A stretch of DNA of 64,000 nt from Octopus sinensis (Eukaryota): assembly GCF_006345805.1 (NCBI RefSeq), contig NC_042999.1, forward strand, positions 90,706,001 to 90,770,000, written 5' to 3'. The translations under genes and the position numbers were made by a program. Positions 49,104 through 61,790 of this stretch are shown here, one piece after another (within the stretch, counting starts at the first letter, position 1; each line of letters starts with the position of its first letter). Below the pieces are notes generated by a model. The model was given only the letters and a program-made list of their open reading frames with translations. It searched no databases and was not told the origin of the DNA.

Positions 49104-50579
49104 ATAATTGTATGTGTGTGTGTGTGCATGTATGTATTTATATATGTATATATTTATTGATACCTACTCTCCTGGACACTTTTTCCCGCTTGGGTTAGTA
49201 TATTTTTCTCTGCTCTTGTCTTACGTTTCCTCCACGTAATTTTCTAGTACTCTATTACTGTACCAATCCTATTACTTTCCACAAAGAAAATTAAAAACAA
49301 AAGAAGACAAAAGAAAGCGAATAAAAAAACAAAGCAAAAACAAAAAAGAAACAGAATTGTATTTGTGTATAGCACTGCGACCGGTTTAGTATAATTGGTT
49401 AATTTTAATTAATTTAATTTTAAATTTTAAGCTTAATCTTATCAATCGCACTAAGAAGGTATAAACCAATCCAAGCCATAAAATTTTACTTCTCTCGAAA
49501 AACTTGAGTTGTCGTGTCCTGAACTCGGGACGTCAATATCTCAGCTCCGATCTCACCCAGTAGTTTTGCTTCTGCCTGTGATATATATATATATTCATAT
49601 TACATATATGTGTAAGAAAATCTCATCCCGCAATCGAAACAATGAAAGAGCCTACCTGGTCGCTCGACACGCTAAAAGTAGCAGCCAAAGTATCCCCCTA
49701 CCTAAATCACACGCCCATTGTACGTAATATCCTAGATTATCCCTGAAAAGACGGTTTGCTGAAGGCTAGAATGTCTTTGATGATAGGTTTGCAGTATCAG
49801 AGTTAATTTGAGGCTAAATAACAACATTCTGGTAAATTTCTATATTAACACCTGCATCTTTTTCACTAAGACCCCACCCCAAATTCATTTTTTACGTGAA
49901 TTCACCTCCTAATATGATGCAGATCCCTTATTTTGGTTCGGAAAAAAGGGGTGGGGGACCACCCCATTCCCGGAATCATTGGAATTCTTTTCTTTCGTTG
50001 AATGAATTCCTGTGACCTCCTAGTATCGCAAAATTAGGTTACTTAAGGTGAACCTGGTAACTGATGGTTTTGGGGTCTTGTTGTTTGTAACTTTTGGTGA
50101 GCCATGGTGCAGCCAACAACATGATAAAAAGCCCTGCCATTAATTTGGTGTGGATGGGTAATATCAAATAATCTAATCACAACATATATTTAAATTAAAC
50201 ACGAAAAAAATTGAAATATTGTCATTCAGTATTTTATAAGGTAAAATCTTAAATTATTAATTGACACATTATTAATTATCTTATAACAGCAATGCTTAGA
50301 AGAATCATGGATTAAATGGAAAAATGCGAGCATGAAATGTAATATTTTTAAGATTATAAACCTGGAAAAGTACAGGACAAGTTATTACACCTATAAAAGT
50401 ATAGGACAAGCTAGTACTTCTAGTAAAGCAAAGAATAAGAAACATTTTACTTAAAATATTACAGCTAAAATTAAAATTTGAATATTACAGCTTATTTTAT
50501 TATAGTTTACAAATAACACTATGCATATTTAATTGGCTGTATAAGTCATAATTAAACTAGTTACTGTAGAATAATTCAA

Positions 50580-51480
50580 ATGCGAACGGTTCAAAATCTG
50601 CGAGGCAGCTGTTCCGGAGAAAGTGGTGTCCTCTATTTCGCCAAAAGAAATTTGACCAGGTGTTTGCATTTGCTGAAAATCTTGGATCTGGAATTCAGTA
50701 GTACTATAGAATTTATAGATCTAAAAAGAAAATGTGATCTTTCAGTTATACGTGAGGTGCATTTCTTAGATCCATTAACATGTGGCATTGATTTCTCTAC
50801 GAATCTCCACTTGATTGAATGTGATAAGCAGTTGGTCTTCAAACCCCAAACGTGGCTAGCCAACTTACTTTTGTCGATGGGCCGGAAAGAAGATAGGTGG
50901 TTTGTATATAACGTCTTTTGATATCGCCTTTACATAACCCGATGTGAATTTTCTTTTCAGTTAGGTTATCTTGAAGCGTTGCTCTGACTTCTGCCTCATG
51001 TACGATGGAGTTTATCACACACGTCTGGTCAAGTGGGCAGGCTTCAAGGTCTTGACAATTACAACTACTAGTGTGCTCTTGGTGACGCTTACGAGTAATA
51101 ATGTTCTTCAACTGTATGATATTTTAATATAGCGTCTGTTATGTATATTTAAAAGAAACAAAACTTTCTTGCCTACGTTAGTTTTAACATTTAGTGAGAA
51201 ATTGTGTGTGTGGAGAAAAGTATATTATTTTCCCATGAAAAGTATATTATTTTTCCTATTTTGTGTTTCATATTTCTACTTGAAGGTTTGTAATATATCT
51301 TATCTTGGAAGCCACTGTTAGATAGGGAACTGTAATAGTTGGGGCTTCTTTATCAAATATTTATTTAGAAGTGAGATTAGATATCCTGTTATAAATACTA
51401 GCTTTTAGGCTTTTAAACACTACAAGGGGTGGCAGGACACTTTGTATCTATAGGAGAGCTTCTCTCGTTTGGCTTACGGT
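50580..51480 (-). mobile_element. Penelope-like element fragment (linker plus GIY-YIG endonuclease)
   Basis: NFSLNVKTNVGKKVL...IKISYS; MKNIITR...CNCQDLEACPLDQTC..NSIVHEAEV...IHIGLCKGDIKRRY; LASHVWGLK...IKWRFVEKSMPHVNGSKKC...LLNSRSKIFSKCKHLVKFLL*. Confidence 0.9.
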
Positions 51481-51775
51481 TTATAAGAGCGAGAGTCTAG
51501 ATATAGGGAAACGTGTAAAAAAAAACCCCAAAATCAATTTTTGGCAAAACTGATATTGGAGCCTAATTGACTAAATGTATCAATGAGATTTTACTTAAAG
51601 TTCTCGAGAGTATGACCATCAAAGCCCTGAGATATTCTCACCCCATCATTTTGGCATAGACTTCCGCGCACGTGCGCACACATGTGTATATATGTATATG
51701 TGTAGATATATATACATGTGTGTATATATATATACATACATATATAAATATATATGTATATACAACATATCCATA

Positions 51776-51779
51776 TCTA

Positions 51780-51878
<99 letters not shown>

Positions 51879-51897
51879 ATATCTATCTATCTATATA
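51776..51897. repeat. (TATC)n microsatellite
   Basis: Visible run. Confidence 0.97.
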
Positions 51898-52377
51898 TAT
51901 TCCCAGACTGCATGTATACATATATATTTGTAAATGTAGTTATGGACACGTAGTTATGACTGCTCTCAAAGGAGAAAGCGTGTGCGACAAATCTTAGTGA
52001 AAGCGGGTGCTTTAAATTCCGTTGCCAAATAATGGACGTGTGGGAAGTAAAGTCACGTGACTGATACACATTGCTTTCACAATTTTTTGAAATAATACAC
52101 TGAACGATATTGATTTTTTTAGTCTAGCTTGCTAGATACTATAAAATATATATACATGAACAACATACTAATACTATACATTACAAAGGCTACATACTTT
52201 TTTATAGATATGTGCTAGACAAATGATGCATATTATAATAATGTGTAGGACAGTATCGTGATGAAAAGCCATAGATTGCTGCACAAAATGCAGCAAATGC
52301 AATCTGTGTCCAACACTCGACAGTGTAATCAACTGGGTCATATATATGATTGCTTACACCTCAGCACTCATTATCAT

Positions 52378-52555
52378 GGTGCAGTCGTGCTTGTGTGGTA
52401 AGCCATTTGCTTCCCACTGACCTGGTTCTGAGTTCCGTCCCACTGTGTGGTACCTTCAGCAAGTTTCTTCTACTATAGCCCCGGACCGACCAAAGCCTTG
52501 TGAGTAGACTTAATAGACAGAAACAAAAAGAATCTTGTCGTATACATACATACAT
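52378..52555 (+). mobile_element. tRNA-derived SINE (CR1-tail family), head and core only
   Basis: gtgtggtaagccatttgcttccc...gttctgagttccgtcccactgtgtggtaccttcagcaagtttcttctactatagccccggaccgaccaaagccttgtgag. Confidence 0.85.
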
Positions 52556-52590
52556 GAACGCACGCACGCACGCATGTATGTATATAAAAA

Positions 52591-52762
52591 AAACAAGAAA
52601 AAAGCAACAAGAATGGATTAGTTATTCAGTACAATTGTTTCATACGAAGAACAGCTTTATTAAAAGCTGCAAATATTGCAGCAAATACAAGTGTCCCGTA
52701 TTCATCAGCCAAAACACATATGAGTTTTCCAAGCATCCTAGGGGTGAGGCTACACTCATGAA
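52591..52762 (+). repeat. 172-bp inverted repeat, left arm
   Basis: Reverse complement of 54099-54271; by eye 5 transitions and 1 indel. Confidence 0.93.
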
Positions 52763-53851
52763 GCATCGAAGAGAGTTCTATAAAAAGTTAGATTGTAAGC
52801 AGACTTCAAAAGTTCTCTAACGATGCACAGTTTTATAAAAGGTTTTAAAAAAAGTTTGTTAGCTTCACAGAAAAGCTAAATCCATCCATAATAATGCAGG
52901 TGTAATTTCCGGAGATATGAGGAGATATTTCATACTCAGAGACGATGAATTTATCCATAATAATGTAGATGTAATTTCTGATATATGAGAAGATGCTGAT
53001 CATATTTCTGTTCATTTCACAAAACTACTATGTTGGAAGAAGAGATTGACTATATTGGCTGAAAGAAGTTAGTGAAGCAGAAAACCGCCCAAATAGGGCA
53101 TTATGGGACAAATGAGAGGAAGGGGTGTAAGTACACAACCTACAAAGAATAGTTTATTTCTGTGGTGACAGAAAATCTAGGTCAGAGTTGCAGGAATCTG
53201 AGATTTATAAAAGAGAACATTACTTTTGACCAGCATACAGCTGTTAACTGCCAATCCTACAGAGTTAAAAGCAAATATAAGAATATAAAGAGAACAAAAG
53301 AAAGTATCAAAGGGGTCAAAGTCTATCAGTAGAGGAAAATACATTATGAGGTTTAAGTGCAATACTAGAACAGGAGGTTATTTATTTATTTATTTATTAT
53401 TGTTACTATTTATACAAAAGTTTATACATTGTAAGACAGACTTTAGGTCTATACCTAGAGGTCAATTAATTTGTATAGTAAAAGGTATGAGATTATAGTT
53501 TATTCAAAAAATAGTGAAAATCATAGTGAAAATTCCTTATATTATTATTAAGGGAGTACCATTACTTATTAAACTTAGAATAGAATTAGGAAGTATTAGC
53601 AACTTATTTGATTTAAGTTGGGTTAATTAAATCAGATTAAAATTAGATTAAATTAAATTAACTATATAGTCAATTAAAATTTTTGGCAACGTACAAATAC
53701 CATTTATTTCTTTGTGTTCTAAAACAGGTACAGTTAGAAAGAAAGAACACCGGTGGAAGAGCTAACAGATATCTATTTAAAATATATTAGAGTTTTGCTT
53801 TTTTAGGAAAAACAAGATTGACCTAGCTCCATACATTATTCTATACGATTT

Positions 53852-54095
53852 TTATTTAAAATATTTAAGAGTCTTAATTTTCGAGTGAATGCAAGATGGA
53901 CCTAATTCTATACGGTTATTTAACAATTTTTTATTTTTTCTATGCCTTAGAATTTCATATGTCTCCATGGAGCAGAGCTGGCAACCTACCCTGTTATTTC
54001 TATAAGGCATCGCTCTTCTAACTATTTCCCAATTAAAGTTATATTTAATATTATTATTATTTTTATTATTATATTTAATATTATTATCATTTTTA
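53852..54095 (-). mobile_element. Penelope-like GIY-YIG C-terminal fragment (second family)
   Basis: NIKYNFNWEIVRRAMPYRNNRVGCQLCSMETYEILRH...LLNNRIELGPSCIHSKIKTL*. Confidence 0.85.
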
Positions 54096-54098
54096 TTA

Positions 54099-54271
54099 TT
54101 CATGAGTGTAGCCTCACCCCCTAGGATACTTGGAAAACTCATATGTGTTTTGGTTGATGAATACGGGACACTTGTATTTGCTGCAATATTTGCAGCTTTT
54201 AATAAAGCTGTTCCTCGTATGAAACAATTGTACTGAACAACTAATCCATTCTTGTCGCTTTTTTCTTGTTT
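54099..54271 (-). repeat. 172-bp inverted repeat, right arm
   Basis: Partner of 52591-52762; abuts the PLE endonuclease fragment. Confidence 0.93.
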
Positions 54272-54471
54272 ATAATCACCCCACATTATTTTATGGTTAA
54301 TACCATATAGATTTCTGGTGCATCTAAGTTAAGTACCGCATTCATGTGAATTCATTGGAACTCACTTGAATCTTAATTGTTTTTTACTGAATATATATAT
54401 ATATATTAATTTTTACGAATGAGTGGACAAACGAAAGAAAGGGGTACACAAAACATTTAGTCGTAGCTACA

Positions 54472-54503
<32 letters not shown>

Positions 54504-54522
54504 TTAGTGCTATTATTATTAT

Positions 54523-54812
54523 TGAGTGAGAAAGCAGTGCATCCCATTAAAGTGACAATGGGATAAAATATACGAAGCCCAGTATACCCATTATAACTAC
54601 CCGTCTGATAAGGGTACACCAGGCACATGCATCTCAACCATATGTGCGCGATATGGTGATCTCATGTCAAGATAAACAGTGCATGACCTTGCAGGTGGGG
54701 CCCAGTTAAAATTTTCTTCTGGTCGAGCAACCCATCCCGCTCAAAAGGTCCCTGATAAGGGTTGTTTAAGGATGTTGAACGAAACACCCATGTTTCCAGA
54801 TGTGAATTATTC
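54523..54812 (-). mobile_element. 3'-terminal fragment of an (AAT)n-tailed retroposon
   Basis: GC-richer block running on the minus strand into (AAT)n at about 54470-54522; recalled as a common octopus repeat; no ORF. Confidence 0.45.
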
Positions 54813-55613
54813 CTCTTCCCCCTATTGAAACACATAGAAGATAAGAAAGAAGAAATTTGGGCCAGTGAAATTGCTTGAATGATTAACTCAGGAGAGTGCC
54901 GGATAAAATACCTTGCAGTATTATTGAGCTATATCTCTCTAGAGTCAGAATTTAATTTGAGATATATTGAACTTCGCTGGTCACTCTTTCTAGCTGTTAA
55001 ATTAAATTTAGCAGTCAAAGAGTAGGATCGATTTAATCGATTCATGATTTCCTTTTCAAAGTTTTGCCATTCTGCCTTTCATGAAAATCAGTATAATAAT
55101 ACGCATTTGAATAATACATAGCACGCATAGTCTACGACTTCGAACCGGTTTCATTTCCTATAGAAGCTATTTCACGTCACATCACTTACGTGATCACTAC
55201 ATTATGGGAAGCATGATAACGATAATCAATGATCTATTTTCCCGAAAATCGTGTGTGATTAGAAAAAATGCCTTCACGTACGACTGAGAGTTAAAGTATT
55301 TAGTATCATCTTTCCAGAGTGAGAAAAAATGACAATCAGTCAGATAATGGGATTCATAACTCGATCACAATACAATATATCGGTGTTATAGTTATAAATT
55401 TTGAATGAGGTTGAATAAGATGTAAGCTGTTGAAAAATTGTGGATATTCACTAGAAATGATAAAAGAATAATGATATGATCTGAGTTGACAAATACTAGA
55501 TTGGAAAAACATAGTGCATACTCTTGTACTTTATATCTATACACGGGCGCGCATATATACATATATACATGCATACACGCACAATCATATATGTGTATAC
55601 ATATATATATATG

Positions 55614-55704
<91 letters not shown>

Positions 55705-55790
55705 ACCTACCTACCTACCTACCTACCTACCTACCTACCTACCTATCTACCTACCTACATACCTACCTACCTACCTATTTGTCTGTCTGT
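55614..55790. repeat. (TATC)n-(TACC)n-(TGTC)n compound microsatellite
   Basis: Visible run. Confidence 0.95.
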
Positions 55791-55945
55791 CTGTTTACCT
55801 ATAATTCGTATTGCATGGCAACTTTGGCACGTTTCTTTTACTATAGTCTTGAGACGATCCTTGTCTTCTGAGTGAATCTAATACATATATAAAAGCATAT
55901 GTACGCATACACACATACACACACACACACATATATATATATATA

Positions 55946-57905
55946 GTCTGTCTAGTTTCAGCTCAGAGCTGCGGCCATGCTGATGCACCGCCGTTTTGTT
56001 GCACTGTTATTACTAAGAGCTTCCTCTAATATGTGGCACTTGGTGAAGAATGGAGTTTGATATAGCTACCCTCATTTGCATCTCTTGCCGTGAGGTAGGT
56101 TCATCTGGGACTCTCGGCAGGAAGCGGTCCAGCTTTGATAAAAAAAAACCTACATCTACTTTGTGCAAATTCGTCAGACTCTTTGGGAGAATATTAAAAA
56201 GCTGTGGGCCCCTGAAACCCAGGCTGTTGCAGTAACTGGTCTTGAGGCATGATGGCGTTGCGGGGATCTTTGGCACTATGCAGTGTCGTCCCGTTCTGGC
56301 ATTGGTGTAGCTTTCAATGCCAAAATTTGGCACAATTCCTTCCAGGATCTTCCAGATATATATTACTGCATACCTCTTCCATCTTCTCTCCAGGGAGTAG
56401 AGTCTTAGCTGTTTCATCCTTTCCCAGTAGCTGAGCTGTTGCAAAGAGACAATCTTCTTTGTGAATCTTCTGTGGCTTGCTTCAAAGTTCGCTGTTAATT
56501 TAACACTGGTGGGTGACCATAGCTGTGAGCAGTAATCCAAGCGGCTGAGGACGAATGTCCGCCAGAGGACCATCATGGTTTCCTTATCTCTGGTTCCATC
56601 CAGCCAGTCGTCTGCACTTTGTCGCCATCCTGGTAATGTGCACTTGGAAAGAGGTATCATCACTCATATCGATACCCAGGTCCCTCACTGATTTAGACTC
56701 TGGGATTGAAATTCCCTGTGGACTGTAAGTTTCATATTCAGTTTTGGATGCTGGCAGCTCAGGGCTTGGCATTTTTTAGCATTAAACTGCATATTATTTT
56801 CCTCAGCCCATCTGTAAATTGAGTCCAACTCCTGCTGCAGGTGTGCAACATCGCTAGGGTTTTGTATTTTCTGCGAGACTTTCGTATCATCTGCATAGCT
56901 TGCAAGGGTGTCTATCCGGGCATTTGAGGGCATATCTGAGAGGGCCACTATAAAAAGCAGTGGTCCTAAGAAAGTGCCCTATTTGTGTGTTCATAGAGGT
57001 GGGTCCATTAGCCACTACTGCCTGACTCCTATCTTTCAGAAAGTCATGTAACCACTCTGCAAGTTTTCCAGCTATGCCAAGGTCACGCAGTTTGTGGCAT
57101 ATCATACCATGATCTACCTTGTCAAAAGCTTTTGCAAAATCAAGGTATATTACGTCCACATTTGATTAGTTGAGTAACTGCCTTAACACCCAGTCAAAAT
57201 GTTGTAAGAGCTGGGTCAGGCAGCTCCTACCTGGTCGAAAACCATGCTGAGTATCACTCAGCAAGTTATTTTCTTCAAGGAATGCGATTAATTTCTTTCT
57301 GACTATCCGTTCCATGACTTTGCTGATGTGTGCAGTCAGAGAGATAGACCTATAGTTTTTGGCATCTGCTCTACTTCCCCCTTTAACTTCCCCCTTTATG
57401 TATTGGGCATATTATTCCCTCCTTCAGCTTGCTTGGCAGTTTGCTATTTGTAAGAAAGCTCTGGAGGGATTTTGCCAGGGCATGCTTACACGATTTGAGG
57501 AGGATTGCTGGGAAACCATCAGGACCAGCAGTTGAGTTTGTGTCCACTTCATCTATGGCTAGTAGTATATCTTCTTCGCTAATGTCAATGTATTCCATTG
57601 TAACTGCCTCGCTGGTTATAGGTGAGGCGGCAAAGAAGTCCACTGGTTCGTTCACTTGTGTGTTTCAATGGCGCGGTAAAGACAGTTTTGAACTGATTAT
57701 TCAGTATCTCACTGATCTTTGTTGGACTGTCTGTGAGGGAGCCATCCTTTTGGAGGAGGGGTCCTATCTTGTAGTGTACTGAGACTGTTTCTTTCGTGTA
57801 ATGAAAGAAGGCCTTTGGGTTTGACTTAATGTTTTTTATAACCCAGGCTTCTTTGTCTGCATTCTCTCTCACATAAGATTGTTGCAACCTTGCTTCAGTT
57901 TTTGG
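55946..57905 (-). mobile_element. 5'-truncated CR1-group LINE (RT region plus 3'UTR), frameshifted
   Basis: KNIKSNPKAFFHY, AGPDGFPAILLK, NYRSISL, QHGFRPGRSCLTQLL, DVIYLDFAKAFDKVDHG, SYADDTK, VLSRLDYCSQLWSP, LYSLERR; tail at 55946-55992. Confidence 0.93.
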
Positions 57906-58825
57906 CTGATTAGGACCAGAAGTTCTATCAGCGTGGAATCATGAAGTTGCACAGAAAGATGGCGAAAGGTCATCGAACAAAATGGAAAAATTTTAGTAAT
58001 CCTGTAGTACTCATAAAAAAGCTCTTTAAAGCCCTACAAAACATATAGAATATATAGTAAGCATAAACTTTCTCTCTCTCTCTGTCGTTATAGACACGCA
58101 CACACACACATACACTTACACATATGCATATAACCAAGTAGCCATATTCTTCGGTTCGCAATCTCGAAGTCTCGGTTCCAATACGACTGCTGAAATTTTT
58201 GTCGTGATATCAGAATTTTTTTTTATTGTTAAATAAAATTTCATCAAACTATTTCTGTCATTTATGAACTTATATATACGTATATGTCTGAGTGGAAGTT
58301 GATGGAAAACCTTGATAAAACGAAAACGACAGTGAGATCGGGAAGTGAATGTGGGAGAGAGAGATCGGGAAGTGAATGTGGGAGAGTGAGGGGGAACGTT
58401 ACCGCAGGGAGTTGAAGGAAATAAAGAAATGGAGGAAACTGTCAATATCATCTGAAAGATAAACACACGTATACTCACACATAAACTATCTTTCTCTTAT
58501 TCTCTTTCTCTCTCTCTCTGTTTCTCTCTCTCACACACGTACACACACACACACATGTATATAGGCAAGCAGTCATATTGTTCTTTTCGCAATCTCCAGG
58601 TCTCGGTGACGATGCTACTGATGAACATCTTTGGTATGGTCACGTTCTAAAGCTTTGGGTCAACTCCCAATTTTTGACTGAAACTGTAGATAGACGGAAA
58701 CTATATAGAAGCCCATTGGATGTATTATTCCTGTAATACAAATATACAGTCCTGTTACACACCGTGTAAAGCTAATTCAATGAGCAGAAAATTTAGCTGT
58801 TCGAACAACTCAATGCTCGTCAAAC

Positions 58826-58921
<96 letters not shown>
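58826..58921. repeat. (TATC)n microsatellite
   Basis: Visible run. Confidence 0.97.
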
Positions 58922-58922
<1 letters not shown>

Positions 58923-59811
58923 AACGCACACATACACATTGAAATCTCCCTACAAGGAACTACAACGCGAAGAGAAGGGAAAAAGTGTAATCTCACGTGA
59001 TTAAACGGAATGCTATAAATTAATCTACGCATATAGAGTACACACACACTCACATGTATATATATTATATATATATATATATAGTCTTTTGTGTGTATAA
59101 ATGAACATTTCTATTGAAGCATGAATAAACCCTAACATAAGCTACTCTATTTTCCCTCTCAAATATGCAGTTCTGTCGAACATTATACCTCTATTGTATC
59201 ACATACAATCATCTTTATCTTCTTTAAACCTTCTATGAAACAAAATATTTGCACAATCTCCCTTGACAGGAACAGTAGATATTCAATCTACAGCATTCAG
59301 TTATTCGTGTGACTTATGTAAAATATTTTCTCATACATTAAACACTTTTGTAGTGGCTGTGAAGGTAAGTTTATTGTTTTCTATTACGTTTGCTGTAAAC
59401 ATTGCAATCGATACCTCAAGGAAACCATTTTACTTTCCTCGCCTCACTAACGCGTTTGGGGAAGGTGTTAATTTCAAAACAATAACATTTCCCTGCAATA
59501 TAAATTCTTACACTTTGAGACAAGTCAAACGAAACCAATGTTTTCAACATCATTTTATTTAGTGGAAATAATGTCTGTATTTTTTGGGGGGTTGGGGATT
59601 GGGGGGGGGGGTAGTGGTTGTAGATGTTATAAATAAATTTCGTCCAAAAACTGGTGGCTATTAAAAGAAATTATTTGATATTTTCAATGTTATAAAATAC
59701 TGTACGTTATTAAAAATATTGGAAATATTAATATCATGATATTTCTTTTAGTGAGGTTATCGTGTGTAGTTTTCATTTCTGTCTCTGAACAAATCGTATT
59801 GTGAGTGAAGG

Positions 59812-60030
59812 TGAAGGCGATCAGCTAGCAGAGTCGTTAGCACGGTGGACAAAATGATTTGCGGGCGGCATTTCTTGCTGCTTTACCTTCTGAGTTCAAA
59901 TTCTTCCTGGGTCGACTTTGTCTTTTGAGGTTGACGAGATAAGTACCAGTTGAGTACTGAAATCAATGTAATCAACTAGCCCGCACCCACCAACTCCAAC
60001 AGTCAGGACTTTAAGCCTATTGCAAAAAGA
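59812..60030 (+). mobile_element. Decayed tRNA-derived SINE (family of 34944-35339)
   Basis: aaggcgatcagctagcagagtcgttagcac...ttctgagttcaaattc...gtcgactttg...aagtaccagttgagtactg. Confidence 0.8.
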
Positions 60031-61263
60031 ATTGTTAATGAAGATCATCCGGACAATGTGTAACGGTAAATTTTAAATATGGGGAGGTCATTGACAAAAA
60101 TTGGAAATTTGTTAAGAGCACGATCAACACCTACACACTTGCACTTAAACCGATACTCACACATACAGACATACATGAACAGAGACTGTATTGATTTTTT
60201 TGTCGTAAAGACCGTAGATCAAGTGGTGTCAGACAAAGTGAGACCTCAATCCCTCTTTCATTGCCGTTGGTATTTTACTAACACTGCTAACGTAATCGGG
60301 AAATGATTGGGTGTTGAACATTTCTGTTCTTTCCTTCTCTTAACTTATAGATCTTTTGTGTTTAGTCATAAACAAAGTGATATGATTGATGATGATTTAT
60401 TATTGATCTTTGATAAGGGTTACGTAATTGTAGTAGGGAGAGAAGAATGATCGATTCTGTAGAAACCCAGTACTTCAATGGTGCTACTATTTATCTTATC
60501 ATCTAATTTATTACGAAAACCAGTTGTGAAAGGAAAATTATACTTAACTGAAACACCTTCAGGGTATCATTAACATTTGTTTTTTATCGATCCCTTGACG
60601 ATTAAAGAGCAAAATCAATATCAATGAGATTTGAACTTAGAATGTACAAGAAAGATTTTACCATACTGCATTGATTGACCAAGTGCAAAGCTACCTTCTG
60701 CTGTTACTCTTTAAATTGAATTCCGTATATTACTAGTACTTTTGTGATTGACTCTGAGGAAATAAACATAAATGTCGCCTTTGTTGGGGTTGGAACTCAA
60801 AACGTAATAAGAAGAGTTACTATTTCTCAAAATACGTGTACCAATGTGAACTTCCTAGTATTAGTAGCCAAATATCCATGAAATTACATCCTAAATTCGT
60901 AAAAAATGGATGCGCTCATAGATAATAAATTCCTTTAAAATAAGATGAGATGGGCGCAATGGAATGCTTTCGATTATAAGTTCACTCGATCAAGTTTGAC
61001 CTGGGACTAAGCAAAAGTAAAAATTTTGTGATGAAAGTAATGATAAATAAAAAGTCGAGCAAATGATTTTAGCTAAATAGCGGCCATCGATTGGTTAAAA
61101 TTCGAAAAATTAGACTACGTTAAACTTACAAATTACAATTTTCTCAAAAAAGCCAAGAGAAAAAAATGTTTTATTTTGACACATTCTACCAGTATACGAA
61201 GTTTAAAAGTGTTTAGTTAACTAGAAATTGTGTTGAAAACTGCCGTTCAAAAGGAAAAGATCC

Positions 61264-61300
<37 letters not shown>

Positions 61301-61560
61301 AGGTAACGAGCTGGAATAATCGTTAGCATTTTATGAATATTTGTTTTCACAGTGACGGTACAGAGAAGCTGTGAGAAATTCGCTGTTTCCTTTTCTCCTA
61401 AGAACGCCGTCTTTTTATAACATATATGTATTCTAAGAGTCACATAGATTTAGTTAGTCCTGTGCAGTCTTCACAACACACATATTAGACACAGGTGAAA
61501 TAAAAGGTAGAAAATAATGTCGGGGCGTAGACATTACAGCAATGCATAATTACAATAATG

Positions 61561-61790
<230 letters not shown>

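Noticed and set aside
58085-58640. Diverged direct repeat (about 58116-58200 versus 58550-58640) and a 28-bp tandem at about 58333-58386
   Set aside because: Low identity and next to microsatellites; most simply old repeat remnants.
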